Assembly (NCBI RefSeq): GCF_009914755.1
Contig: NC_060926.1
DNA: 64,000 nt
Strand: one strand, 5' to 3'
Source of the DNA: the human T2T-CHM13v2.0 reference genome, Homo sapiens
Below, piece after piece: positions 43,847 to 57,945 of the stretch. Position 1 is the stretch's first letter, and each line of letters starts with the position of its first letter. The position numbers were made by a program, and so were the translations under genes. A model generated the notes under the pieces. It did no database searches and was not told the origin of the DNA. It was given only the letters and a program-made list of their open reading frames with translations.

Positions 43847-46283
43847 CTGTAGAAAAAGAAAATATGGTATTAATCACTGACATACACCATCTCCCTTTTC
43901 TATGCCTGGTTGGATTTCATCTCTTAGTTATCATTGAGGCTTTAACACTGCACAATCCTTCCAATGCAGTCACAGAGACTCCAGGAATTTAGGGCAAAGC
44001 CACACACCTATTATTTCCAGATTTGAAATAATATGAGAAAATCCTAAAATACCTGATATCTCCCTCAGAAATTCAAGCTGTTCTTATTGAGTCCCCAAGG
44101 CTCATGATACCCAGCCCTATCACATCCACAGAATAGATGTTTATGTAAATTTTATCTTTGTCAACATGAAGAAAGACCTTCTGCTTACTTGCTACGGTAT
44201 TATGATGATTATCATCATTTCTTCTGAATTAGATACTTCCTCATGAGTTCTGTTGGGTCTATTTAAAAATGTTGGCACCTTGTTAGCAATGAAAGTATCA
44301 CAGGCACTCTTGGTTGTCACGAACACATGGATCCTGTGTCAGGATTAATTGCTTGGCTCTGAGCCTCTTTGTCTCTACAGAGACAAGCTAGGTCATTTTC
44401 TAATAGAACTGAACGACAGGACTATTATGGATGCAGTGTGATGAAAATGGATAAGTGAAAAAATAGCCCGATAATCACATTGCATTAGATTCCTGAAGCC
44501 AAGAGGGAATGTGCTCCCCTCAAAGAAGCCCCTCATAGTGCCAAAAATAAAAATAAAATAGAGGGAGAAATGTGACAGTTTCATTATAGGGTTGATGTGT
44601 TTGTTCCAATTGTACAGAACTCATAAGGTGAGAAAAGTGGACCCTCCCTCGCCGCAAAACACAACAAAATCCAAAACAGAAAACCAAAAACACAATCTGC
44701 ATCCTCTAACCCTTTTGATGAAGCATTTATGCAACCTAAGTGAAAAGCGGTGGTCCTCTGGGTTATTTTGGGGCTCCTAGAAGCTTGAGTGGTTCCTACA
44801 AAATTTGAACGCTAAAGTGATCCCATAAGTGAAAAAAATTATTATTTTTCTTTTTCACGTAAGTGACATCAACAGATACTTCCCCACCAAACTCTTCCTT
44901 CCCCACACTCACACATGCCACCCTTCCTCATTCTGCAAAGTACACAGAGTTAGCTTTGACTCCTAAGGCTTTCTTTGGAAGATCTCTTCTGATAAGGCCC
45001 TAGGAACTTTCATTGACATTTTAATAAATGCTAATGGGCTTTTCAAAGTAGCAGTCAATATATATTTTGATAATTTTCCAAATATAAAAAATAAAACAAA
45101 TGTGAACATAGTGGGCCAAAGGCAAGGGTCATCATATACTTTCTACATTAGAAAAAAAAACCCAGCTCACTTCACAAATGCTTAAGGAAACTAAGGGTAA
45201 TGCCAGGTGAATATTCTGTCTAGAAGGTCCTTCCAGAAAGATGGCTAGTTTAGTAAAAAAGAAATACCCCACACAATGTTTGGAGAAAAGAAATTCAGTT
45301 GACGAACATATTTAATGAAAGAGCTGTGAGACATTGAGTATTTTGAGGAAGAAAATTCAGAGATGCTATGGCATGACTTGGGGAGTGGAAAAAAAGACTT
45401 TCTGGAATCATTGCCTTTTGATATTATTCTATTTAGACTTATTTTAAGTTCTAATTCCTTATTTCCCAGGCAAAGGTTAATTCCAAAGATTTAGATTGAC
45501 AGCTCAAAAGGCAAATGCACGTTCCAGATGTTTGGTTTGCCACCCACATTTATTTTCTTTTTAATTGGCTTTGAATGTCTTTAAGTCATGGTATTTCTCT
45601 CCAATTCAGCTGTAGGCCTCAGTAGTCTTTATCTTACCCTGCAGCATATTACTTTTATATTACCAACTGCCCCCACAGGCCTTCAAGTCTGAAACAGTTG
45701 GCTTATTCTGAAACCTGTTTTTCCTCCCTATTGAGTGTGTAGGTATCAAATGTAGCAAACGAAACAAAATGTACAGTAAAACCCTTTCAGGAAGCTCTTA
45801 CGTCTGCCTTAGATTTGGTTCATTGTTTATGTCTCTAAGAGTTCTTCAGCTTAAGTATATGATGCCCTTTGGTATTTACAGCAATAGTCCATGATGTGGC
45901 TAATAACACTTTTATCTTCTCCCTCCTCACACCAAAATGAGTAGAGATATGAGAGTGTGGTTTTAGTGTATATTGTAATTTATAGGTTTAAAGGCAAATG
46001 ACATATGGATGTTTTGAGAGGACTTCTATAATCGGGTTCTCACTATCTTTTAAATTTTATCACCCATTAGTCCCCAAATCCAGCATTATTTAAGGAGTTG
46101 GAGACAAGAAGATCTTTCAAAGAAGATCTTTTTCTGGTACCCCAATGTTACCTAAAATCAATCCCACCTAAATTAGTACAATAGGCAAATCAGAGCTCCC
46201 AAGTCACAAGTTATTAATAAAACCACAGAGAAACTAAATCCTAACTTGCCTTGATATACCCAAATAATGGTCCCTGGTAGTTC

Positions 46284-46340
46284 GCCGTGATCGTATAGTG
46301 GTTAGTACTCTGTGCTGTGGCTGCAGCAACCTTGGTTCGA
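46284..46340 (+). pseudogene. 3'-truncated tRNA-His(GTG) tailless retropseudogene
   Basis: GCCGTGATCGTATAGTGGTTAGTACTCTGTGCTGTGGCTGCAGCAACCTTGGTTCGA matches the first 57 nt of recalled tRNA-His-GTG with 4 substitutions; flanked by the 15-bp direct repeat GATATACCCAAATAA (46253-46267, 46339-46353); no poly(A). Confidence 0.92.
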
Positions 46341-47669
46341 TATACCCAAATAAAACATATGGCCTGCAAGCATCTAAAGGCATAATTTTAGGTATTCATT
46401 TCAGGCTATGACATCAATTAATGAATGATATTTATTAGGCCTTTCCTGTTTAGAATATTGCACTGGGGTTATTTTGACATGGAACTGCAAAATCCAGCAG
46501 ATCTACTTCATGTAATTTACTAAGTTTTGGCCTCTGGAGGAATAGATTGGTGAAATTCAATCTTTCCAGTGAATTTGTTGATCATTGTGTAACATTCAAG
46601 ATATCCAATGCATCATAATTTTGTGGACATAAAGTTTAAAAAGAAATAGCAATGATATATTCCATAGTGTCTAGAGCCTGGGATTAGGCCAAAGTTGTCA
46701 CAGATGCTTTACACATCTGTGATGGCGAGAATCCGGACTACATAACCAGTAGTTCTGTCCGCAGCAAGGGAGCTGCCTGCTCCCTTCAAATGTAAAGAGA
46801 CAGATGTATACAAGGATGGTGGGATCAGTTAATTTCTCACTACTGCTCCTTGCAGAGACATTGAGTGAAACTGGGGACTGAGCAGCATTGATTTACAGCT
46901 TTAACAAGGGTTGGGTTGTCCCTCTTGAATTTAATGTGCTTGTTTCTTTTGGAAATGCACCAACGGGGATAAGGTATGTGCCAAGATTACTCTGAATTGG
47001 CTTGGATTTTTATAGTGCTTTTTATTCTTTCTCTCTTTCTCTCAAATGAGTAATGAATTTCATTAGCTGTTCTAAAGTCACTCTGCATGGGAAAAGGCAC
47101 CCACCAGTACCTGTTATTATGCATTAGGGTTGGTGTTGCACCACAGTGGTGAGAGGCCCTATTCTTCTTACAGAGAATTAAGAGATTTCTTTGATCTAGT
47201 TCCCCAAATCCACAGCTCTCCTCCAAATCAACTTCACAGCAGAAGAATGGGCTCCTGTCACAAAAACAAATGCTTGCTTCCCATCTACCTGATTTCACTA
47301 CTGAATGCCAAGACGATTATCTAAGCCCCAGGGTGGTAAAACTGTCATCTTTGTAATAGTCTGGGCTACCCAGGGCATCTCAATTGGTTTGAAACAAGCA
47401 AGAACAAAGTATTCCATTACAAATATCTGAATTATTTTCATCACTATAATTCAAGATCAAATGGATGAAGAAATGACATTGAAGAAAATAAGCATTTGAA
47501 GTATGTAACACTAAAAATTACATGGCTGAATTACCAACCTTCATATTCCTCCAGAATGGAAGTACAATCTAACTGAAACATAAGCTAGACTACCCAGCCT
47601 TATTTTGGAAAAATCCAAAGTATAAAGTAGAGTGTGAGTATAGGTTTTCTATGTTACGATGCAACAGAG

Positions 47670-47845
47670 AGTTTAACATATACTCTAGTGCCAGAATTCC
47701 TGGGATTCCAGTTTTGGCATTGCCACATATGAGCTGTGGAACTTCAGCCGTGGTAATTAAAATCCCCATGCATTAATTTCTCCATCTGTAAAATGGTTTA
47801 GTTAGTGCTGCCTCACAGGATTAAATGAGATAATACTTTTTAAAC
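47670..47845 (+). mobile_element. MIR fragment
   Basis: tttctccatctgtaaaatgg, ggattaaatgagataat. Confidence 0.6.
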
Positions 47846-50800
47846 CCCTGGAAGAGCCCACACGTAAAATCCTCATTATCCAAGTGTTAATAGATAAAGC
47901 CTATGGGTTTTTAATGTTCACTAGTCAGGGATTTAAAGCATCAGTATTATAAATTTAATGTCTACAAAGAGCAAATAGTAGGCACTCAATAACTATTTGT
48001 TAAATAAATAAATTTATATTATTTCATCCAGATCCAAGAATTCCTTTTCCGGGATTCTATCTTAAAGAAACAAGCACACATATAATCCAAGATTTATACG
48101 AGGATGTCTTTGCAATATTATCTTTGTAACAAGATGGAGAAAATATAGTCACCCTAATCCAAAGGTATAAGGGAGAAAGGTAGGCTAGTGGAGATTATAC
48201 CCAATGAGTGAAGACTCCAGAGCTGCTGTTCCAAACAGTGTATCTCTTTCAGAGAACTGTGTATGGTGGAGATAGGCTTAATGCTGTGATGTGCTTTGGG
48301 AAGGACATTGAAACTAGGATAAGGGTTGGCATAAATCCGTGAATGACTATTAGTACATGCCATAAATAATGGTGCAGTGCATGCCATAAATTTACTAAAC
48401 ACTTCAATTCTTCAGCAAAGTTAGTGAACTCACAATATTTTGCATATAATTGGCTTTTCTTTTTGGAAAACACGAAGTGGCTGGAGTTCATGATCAAGAT
48501 GGCAAGCACTGGTACAAAAGGAAAGATAAAGAAAGGGCACTCGCTACCTCAGAAGGAAAGAGGTTAAGGTCACCTTGACAGTGGTTCTAGATTCATAGCT
48601 ATTATGACATTAGAGTTTGAGCCCAGAATACCCATATGTCTAAGGGATAGTAAGGGCACCAACTAGCTAAAAATGAGAAACAGTAAATCATCATGGGTAA
48701 GAAATAATTAGGAAATTATGGTACATTCATCCTAAGAAACAACACATATCCATTAAAACTAAATTTTTTAAAGTTTGTAATAAAAAGCAAAATTGTTTAT
48801 GTATTTATTGTTCAATAAAGTAGTAATAAATATAATACAACAGAATAATCACACAAGATTTAATAAATTTAAAGAGAAAACATTAGAGATATGGGTCCTA
48901 ATATTATCAGTTATGATATTTAGGATTTTGCCATTTTGATTTTTCTGCATTCTCCAAATTTCTACAATGAACATGTATTGCTTTCCTCGTGGTGAGAAAA
49001 TGAACTTGGTTTCTCAAAACTATCATATGTTCATGGAAACACTGGGGAGTTATTTGATTTTAAAATTGTTTACCCTCTGAAAATCCACCAGAGAGGCAGC
49101 CTAGAAAAATCACAGTGAGACTTCACATAGAAGTTCAACCATTAACAGTTTCAAGTAATTAAGAAAAGATACACAAAACCCTGGGGAAAGGAGACCAGGG
49201 AAAATAATTACAGATTATATATGTGGTTCTAGAAGCTAATGTCAGCAAAAAGGAGATGGGCAATTAGCAATTTAATAACTAAAATATTTTTCACCTCTGT
49301 AGGGAACCATCAACATCTGGTAACTTACTTAAATACTCATGTGTATTGGTCATTGTCACAAAGGATTAGAAATCAGAATCTCTAGTTGGAAGTTCAGGAT
49401 TTCTTACCTACCAGCTACGTAACTTTGACAAGTCATTTGCAACAGCTGATATTGGGATAAATGGGAAAAGGGCAGTGTTGCTGCAAAGATCAAGTAGATA
49501 AAGTATGAAAAGTGGTAAGTGAACCACTGAATATCAGACAAATGTAGATTTGTTTTTATTTGAAGATGATTGAAAATTACCCTACATGTTTTACCCAAGA
49601 AACATGTGCCAATCAGCTAATCAAACCAACTACAATGAATTCTTCATGTACCAGGAACTGTCCTATATGCTTTCATATTTATGATTTAAATTTTATTAAA
49701 ATAACACTCTGAAAATTAATGATTCTACTGGAGGCAAAAATGGTAGTCATAATGAAGAGTACTCAAATAAAAAAAGGACAGCTTCTCCTTCCAGAATCTC
49801 CTGAGTGAAGTCAGTCTACTCTATCCCCCATAGGAAAAAGGAAAGCGATCTACCTAATTAGCATATCAGCAAATGAAAGTGACTTTGAAATTCTACCTTT
49901 GTTTTCCTTGAGAAATGGCCTAGAAAATATTTTCATGTATTTATACTTGCAGATCAAAAGAGAAGGATTAAATTTAGGATTGGTTTAATATTAAACTCAT
50001 TAGCTTTGCAAATAGAAAAATCTAAAGAACAATCAATGTTGCAGATACTTTGAATATCTTTCTGCAGCTCTGACCTACACAGATACAAAGTGAGCTTGTC
50101 GGCACTGGGGAGCTAATCAGGAAAAGGACTGATGGAAAGAGGAAGAGAGAACATCTCTGTGGCAAATCCCTCGTGACTGAGGACCGCATATCTGGTATCT
50201 ACATTTTGAATGTAATTAGGGAGCCATGTCTTGGTTATTCACCATTGGGGTTGCTCTAGTTTTGTCTACCTGAAGTAGTTATTCTTGGTTCTCTTTTTCA
50301 GAAAACCTAGTCTTTTCAAGAAACATTATGAAAAGAGCGTTCCCCACTTCCTTTGAGAAGTTGTATGTTCTTTCTGTGACATGCGGTAGATCCTGTGATG
50401 CCATTTGGAACTCCCTCTTCCTCAGCCAGCACTGTTGTTCCCATATATCTGAACCTTTATTCTATTTTCAATATTCATAACAGAATTAATCCTGTATCTG
50501 AGTGGCTTCTTTAGTTTTCAAAACTATTCATCCTAGTTAATGACACAGAAAAACTAACAAAAAATAGGTATTTAGTTTGGTACCAATAGAGTAGGCTCTA
50601 TTAGAACACCACATGCTAATTCTTTTTCAATTCTCTTCACATCTTGACACACGGACAAGCAAATCACTCACAGTGACGATTCATGGGGTCTTTTGAGAGA
50701 CCCTCCAAAAATTCCAATCTTGAAATCCCCAAAACAAATGAGAAGCAACACAGCTGTTAACCAATTTCAGTGTTATATCAAGATAACTGATTAGATTTCT

Positions 50801-52199
50801 TAGAAGAAATAGAAGATCTAAATGACACATGGATTCTTTAGACCTTGACTTAATCCAGGACCCTTTGACCTTAATGTAATTGGAATGAAGCCAACTTCCA
50901 CGCCACTTGTGTTTAAAACAAATGAGAAGATCGGAGAAAGTCCATACAGCTGGATGCACGGCCGCAGCTGTCAGCCTGGGTCATGTAACAGATTTAATTT
51001 AGCCTTTCATCAGAGGGAGTTCCCCTGGAGAACCTCTCAAATGTTTGAGCTTCTGAAAACAAGGCTACTTTTTCCTACCAAAAAGGAAGTGATTAAGTAA
51101 AGAATAAGCCATCTTACACTAACCCTTTAACCTTCTGTCTGTCTTGAACCACACAGTTTCATGAGAATGGAAAAACACCAGCCAAATCAAAGTTAACAAC
51201 TGTGCAGCTGGGCAAACTCAGATTAAGCTGAATTTGGAAATGGCTCCCTTGGTAACAAAGACGGACACAGATCTCACAAGAAATCAATCAGCAGTAACTC
51301 TTTGAATGTCTTAGTCCATTTCAGTGACATAAAGCAGGTGAAAGTCGGTAAAGCATAAAATGTTTTGCAGATATAAGGGATGACTGTATTGTTACATTCA
51401 ACACACACATTATCGTTAGAAAAATCAGAATTTTCTATTTTGTTAACCCTTAATTTCTTTAGGGAAAGCAAGGACACAAAGGAGCTTTATAGGATTTGTG
51501 ATGTAAGGTGCACTTTCAAACTAAATTTGGATCTTTGAAGTCTTATTTTCTTTTTAAAGAAATCTGACCATGTATATCTCTTATGAGCATGTTAAAATTC
51601 ACACATTTTTGTATAGCAAATAAAAATAAAATTTAAAAGTGGCTGCTTCTCTGTATTTGTAAAGAAGTAGAAAATATCCAAGAAGATCTAAATCAAACTA
51701 AATTACATGTCTCATTTAGTTTTCTAGAAACACTTGAATGATAATAAATATCATTAAAAATACATCACAACCCAATTACAAGGCTGCCTGACACAAGGGA
51801 AATTAATGCCTTAGAGTAAACTGGAGAATTTTAGATTAATTTATATGAAGCCTGTGATGAGAGCTGTCACCAGCTTAACCTCAGATACTATCTTATTATT
51901 TTTAATAATCACAAAAACATTCACTCACAGGTCAAGTGTTGTACACGCACATACATGTCACACATACAAATGTAAATAGTTTTGTCAACAATAGGCATTT
52001 TATAATTTCAATATGTCTTCCCATAATGACAGACCATTCTTTTATTTCCTTTCCTACCTGTGGCTACTTGAAGTTGAATATGCATAGTGGATATTTGTTG
52101 TCTTTTGGCCTATGTGGCACTCATCCTACTTTCTTTTAGTACTAGCATTTTAATTTCCTTTTGGGGACTTACTTCTTTCCACATTCCCATAAGAAGCAG

Positions 52200-52555
52200 C
52201 CTTGGTGGATTTGACTAATGAAAGCGTCCTGATTTTCTGGCATCATGGGTGTGTGACCCCAGCAAGACCCATTCAACGCTTTCCTGCCGAACTCTGAATC
52301 TTGAGTGGAAGGATGCAAATGTTGATGAAAGGATTGGAATTGTTTCATTTCTGGGGCTACACTCCCACAAGACTTTCCATTAGTTTGAATCATCAAAACC
52401 ACCCATTTCCCACTGTTCTGAGCTTCTCTAAGTCCATTCCTCGTTCTTTTCTGAGCCCATCTCTCCACTCTTCCTTCTGTCCCCTTCTCTGGACTGTGTT
52501 TGTTCATTGGAGTAGGTTTCCAATGCTTGCAACTATAGGAATCTAATGAGATATA
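52200..52555 (+). mobile_element. Old MaLR LTR (MLT1-like) fragment
   Basis: Ends with gtaggtttcc...cttgcaact..aggaatctaatgagatata, similar to MLT1 3' termini. Confidence 0.45.
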
Positions 52556-52995
52556 ATACAAGGAATAGTGCCTAGAATAAGGGACTACTATTTCCTCAAT
52601 TTTTATGTTTATTTGGATTTGAATGGTCTTAAAGGAGGACCTCTTTTAGCTAATGACTTCTGTCTTTGAGGTGTGGGAATTTAGGTTTGGTAAACTCCTG
52701 AATTACCAGTGCAACCCAAGATTGTCTCATTCTGTGAAAAGTACACCAGGTATCAAGCATCCTGAAAATGGGGGCTTAAGAACCTTCCTGGTTCTCCAGG
52801 GAAATACATTCAGTGCAGCCCTGATCTCTAATTTTCCATTAAGCCTTACCCATTCAACCCATCACTCTCCTATGACAGCAGAATATCTGGAAGCCAAAAA
52901 ATGAGTTTAAGACCCCGTTTACCTTCAGTGACGATAGTCACATACTATAATTTTGCTCTCTGTAGGAGGTGCCTGGTTGTGTGGGAAGTTCCGGC

Positions 52996-53081
52996 AAACC
53001 CCTGCAATATACAACAGATCAGACACACCTAAGCTAGCAATGATTTAGGTATGTCTCATCTGTTGTATATTATAGGGGTTT
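52996..53081. repeat. 86-bp inverted repeat (37-bp arms, 12-nt loop)
   Basis: Arms 52996-53032 and 53045-53081; 33/37 Watson-Crick complementary. Confidence 0.95.
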
Positions 53082-53690
53082 CACCTTTCTTCCTCCCCCC
53101 ATTTTCATCTTACAAGTCACATTTACTGTATTTATTTATTATAGTAAAACTAATTCATATGTGTTTTCTTGTAGAAATAACAGTCACACCAAATAATTGA
53201 TAATAATGGTAACAATATGCACTACCATTTTAAAATAAATTACCCTGTAAATGCCAATAATGGTTATTATTTTTCTACTACCACTATCATACATAATGGC
53301 AAAGACCATAATCAGTATTTAATATCTTCTCTCACTGAATACCAACATCAACCCTGGAAAAGAACATTACTGCTCTTTTTTTTTTTTTTTAGATGAGTAA
53401 GCTTGGATTTTGAAGACTTCAACAACTTGGCTGCAAGTTGATGGGAGAATTGACATTCTAACCCAGCTCAGTTTGAAGCCTATAGTCCACTCCACTCCAC
53501 TCTACCAGCAAAGAACATAGCCTTGCAAAACAGAGAACAGAAAACAGAAATGCTTTTTCTTCACTCCCTGTTGGGAGGATTCTGGAATAGAGCTGTGATT
53601 TGGCATACTATTTCTGCTCCACTTTTGAGTTTCTGCAGCAAACGGCAAGAGAAGGCTGGGGCTGGTATAATAAGGTCACCAGGCACCTCA

Positions 53691-54248
<558 letters not shown>

Positions 54249-55897
54249 CTAGCAAATGGTCCAGCCCATGCTCAGAAGCTTGGCTCACTTCTGGTTTAAC
54301 TCTTCTCCCTCCCTTCGCAGTCAGCTGCTAGGGAAAGGAAGACCATTCTTAGTTAAATTACAGGTACCCCTCCCATTTCCATTTTGGAAGCAGCTTCTCT
54401 GCAGCTCCCTGACACATGAGCTAACTGTTCAGTGTTGCAGCTCACACCCAGGTCCTCTGATCTGTGTTCACCTGGATTCTTAGGCAGACCAAGTTTCAAA
54501 TCTCACATCTCCATTTCTTGGATTGAATTCACATCCCCCGGTTACTCCTGCTTCTTTGCATTCTTCAACCTGTCCATTTCCAACATTCATTCCTGCTTTC
54601 CTTTGTGTTTCAACCCTGATTCAGCCTTGTTTCATTGTTCCTAGAACCAAAATCCTGGCTCCTGGAACCCCATCCATTGCTTCTTTCAGCTAACTGGCTC
54701 GTTTCACAACAGCCTAAATAAGCAACGCCCTATGAATGGTTGTACAAAACAAAGAGATAGCACCTAACGAAGCACAGATCACCAGTAAGGGAGGCTTCTC
54801 ACATTAGCATGGAAGATTCAAGAAGAAAAAACTGACTTGAACAATAATAGTACAACACAATATAAAATAATGTATATTAGAGATATGTTAAAGCTATTCA
54901 GATTATATCCTCTACTTATAGTTTTCATTTTTATTTTCCTATTAAAGTGCTAATAGGTACTTTAAAGATAAGAGGATGAATTTTCATGGGTATCCAGTTT
55001 TCCAAATATTTTGAAATCCTGCAGATTAATGACCCATAAACCAGTAACAACTTAAAAACAACAAATCACATTTATTTAAATATGTTCATATATTTTTATG
55101 ACTGTGCAGATGATTGATATAGTAATTCAACTTAAGTCTGTTTTTAATCTTTCTAAATTAGGACACATAATTTAGGAAGGAAATGATCTCTTTATTGACT
55201 TCCTTTGCACTAGAGATCATACTGAAGAATTTTAGTTAAAAAAAGAATAAAATAAAAATAGAAAGGCAGTTAAAAAGAAAACCATCAACTGCAGACCACC
55301 ACACACATTTCAAAAATTAAGGGAAGAAGTTCTACTTGATGATCTAACATGACAATTTCACTTTTCCTTAAGCTTTTTTCATAACACAACTTCAGTCTCT
55401 CAATTGTATGTTGTTTGTGATAAGTGGCATTTCTCAGACAATACACTTGAAAATTAGATTAATAAGGGAAACTTTCAAAACAACTAAAAATTCTACATAA
55501 AATATACAGCTTCAAATAGCATTTGAAAAAAACCCAGAATATACAGACTAGTCCATCTGGGTCAAGAGGGTATAAAATCTGGGTTGCATAATTCTTAGGA
55601 AGTCACAGAGCTCTGGATAGGTATTTGAGATTACTGTAAAATTAAACCATTTCTAAATTTTCTTTCGATTCAGAAATGACTTGAGTTCAAGATCTACATA
55701 ATCATCACAAAAACAGATATGATAAGTATCTGCAACGATCACTTTTTTCTTCTTTCACTACAATTTATGAGTATATCCAAAAATTTAAAAGAAGTTATTG
55801 CTTTCTTCTTTAACTTTAGGTCTCATCTTTATTTGTTGGGCATTTTGTCAACTGAATTGCTCCTTCCCTCATCACTATTCAAATGAATAGGCTCTGA

Positions 55898-56240
<343 letters not shown>

Positions 56241-56689
56241 GGTTTAGATTTTAGAAAGCTTAGATGAATGTGCTGGGCACGGTACAATGAGGCTGTGAGT
56301 GGGTTTCAGCTAAACTCTGCTTAGACTGGGTAGAAAAAAAACCATGGTATTTCTGAAATAAACTGTATTGACACATAGAAAGATCTGGGACCCCAAGCAC
56401 TCAGCTTAATGCAGTTCAGAAGTCTGTCTCCTAGGTGGTTCTGTTACCAAAAAAAGATTCCCAGGAGAAAAGCGTGACCTGTAGTCCAGTGACTTCGACT
56501 GCTGAAGGCACTAGAAAGACAATTTCAGTGTCCCTTTTCCCTTGTCCTTGGAAATGGAAATATTTTACTTAGTTTTAATAACACTACACAACACTTGTAA
56601 CTTTGGCAACACTTGTAACTTGTAACTGTTCAAGTTACACAACACAACACTTGTAACTGTTCAGAATGCACAGTACCAAACTGAATTCT

Positions 56690-56860
56690 AATAAGCAATC
56701 TTAACGCAGGATAGGTATTATTATAAGCATTTTACAGAAGAGGAAACTGAGGTTCAGAGTGATTTAAGTAACTTGCCCAAGGTCATATAGATGGCAGGTG
56801 AGAGCGGCAGGGAGAACGACTTCCTCAGGATATCTGTTTCAAATCCTAGTGCTCTAATTA
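56690..56860 (-). mobile_element. MIR
   Basis: cattttacagaagaggaaactgaggttcagag...aagtaacttgcccaaggtca. Confidence 0.8.
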
Positions 56861-57945
56861 CTCGTTGCACTTTCTTGGATTCCAAAATGAAAAGCACATC
56901 TCAGGATAATACTTAAGGATGGATCAAACAATCCTGTACTCAATACAAGAGACAACCTGTGAAAGTAGATATGCCTATCTTAGGCAGACCAAAAGCAGGC
57001 AACTGTAGCACGGACATCCCCAGTGCCTTCTGTCGTCGAAGAAAGCTAATCACTGTATGAATGATCTTAATTAAATTTGAATGCATTGCTAACTGAATGC
57101 TGTGGGAAAATACCGCGTCCTTACTGGCCGCTCTTCCCATAGTACTCAGTAGCAATACATTCAAATTCAATTAAGATAATTCATAGAGTGATTAGCTTCA
57201 TTATATGGTGAGACTCTGGGGACTGTCCTCTTGCCAACACTGTATGAGTGGTCTCGGTAAGATAGACACGTTCTTCTGTGCATTTTCTCTTTTAGTGGAC
57301 ACAAGAAATAACTCTCAGGGTGACATAATCCATGCTACTTCTAAATTCCATTGAGATAAATACAGCAGGGAAATTATGTTTTGGGGACAAGACTCAAGTT
57401 AAAAATAATCTCAAACCAGGCAATATTTTGAAACAGTTATTCTCCTTAACAGGCTGACAAGGCTCTTTTGGAGTCAGTAGGGAAGATATATCTGACCAGT
57501 GGGGAGGAAGTGGTTAGGTCCAGGCTCTTATTTCTGACCAATGGGGAGAAAGAGGTCAGGTCCAGGACTCTGCATATTCCAGTTATGAAATACCCAGTGG
57601 AAAGATTAGAGCTACATTTAATGTGAACAAGGGTAGGGGCTCAACTGCATGTATTCACCAATGGCAGACACACACTCCTGAGATAGAAACTGAACAAACA
57701 ACAACACAGTACCAACCCTCTGAGCAGACCTCTAATAAACTCTATTCATATCAAGTTACCGTCAACTAATTGTTAGTATAAAGAGGGCCTCTATTCATTG
57801 AGAGGCAACGTACTTATTCATATTTATAAAGAGCCTATATATATGCATGTGTGTGCATATATATATATATAATATTTTTGAAAAGCCATCTCTGTTTCTA
57901 TATTAAAGATGTTTCTATGAACAAAAAGATCTTTCACCCCTAGAA

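Noticed and set aside
46271-46278. TCCCTGGT resembling the tRNA-Glu 5' end (possible chimeric retrocopy)
   Set aside because: Only an 8-nt match; too short to support.
46284-46340. Functional tRNA-His gene
   Set aside because: The 3' T-stem and acceptor strand are missing, the B box is incomplete, and it is flanked by TSDs.
46698-46722. TCACAGATG-N7-CATCTGTGA hairpin with paired E-boxes
   Set aside because: A 9-bp stem is expected by chance in 64 kb.
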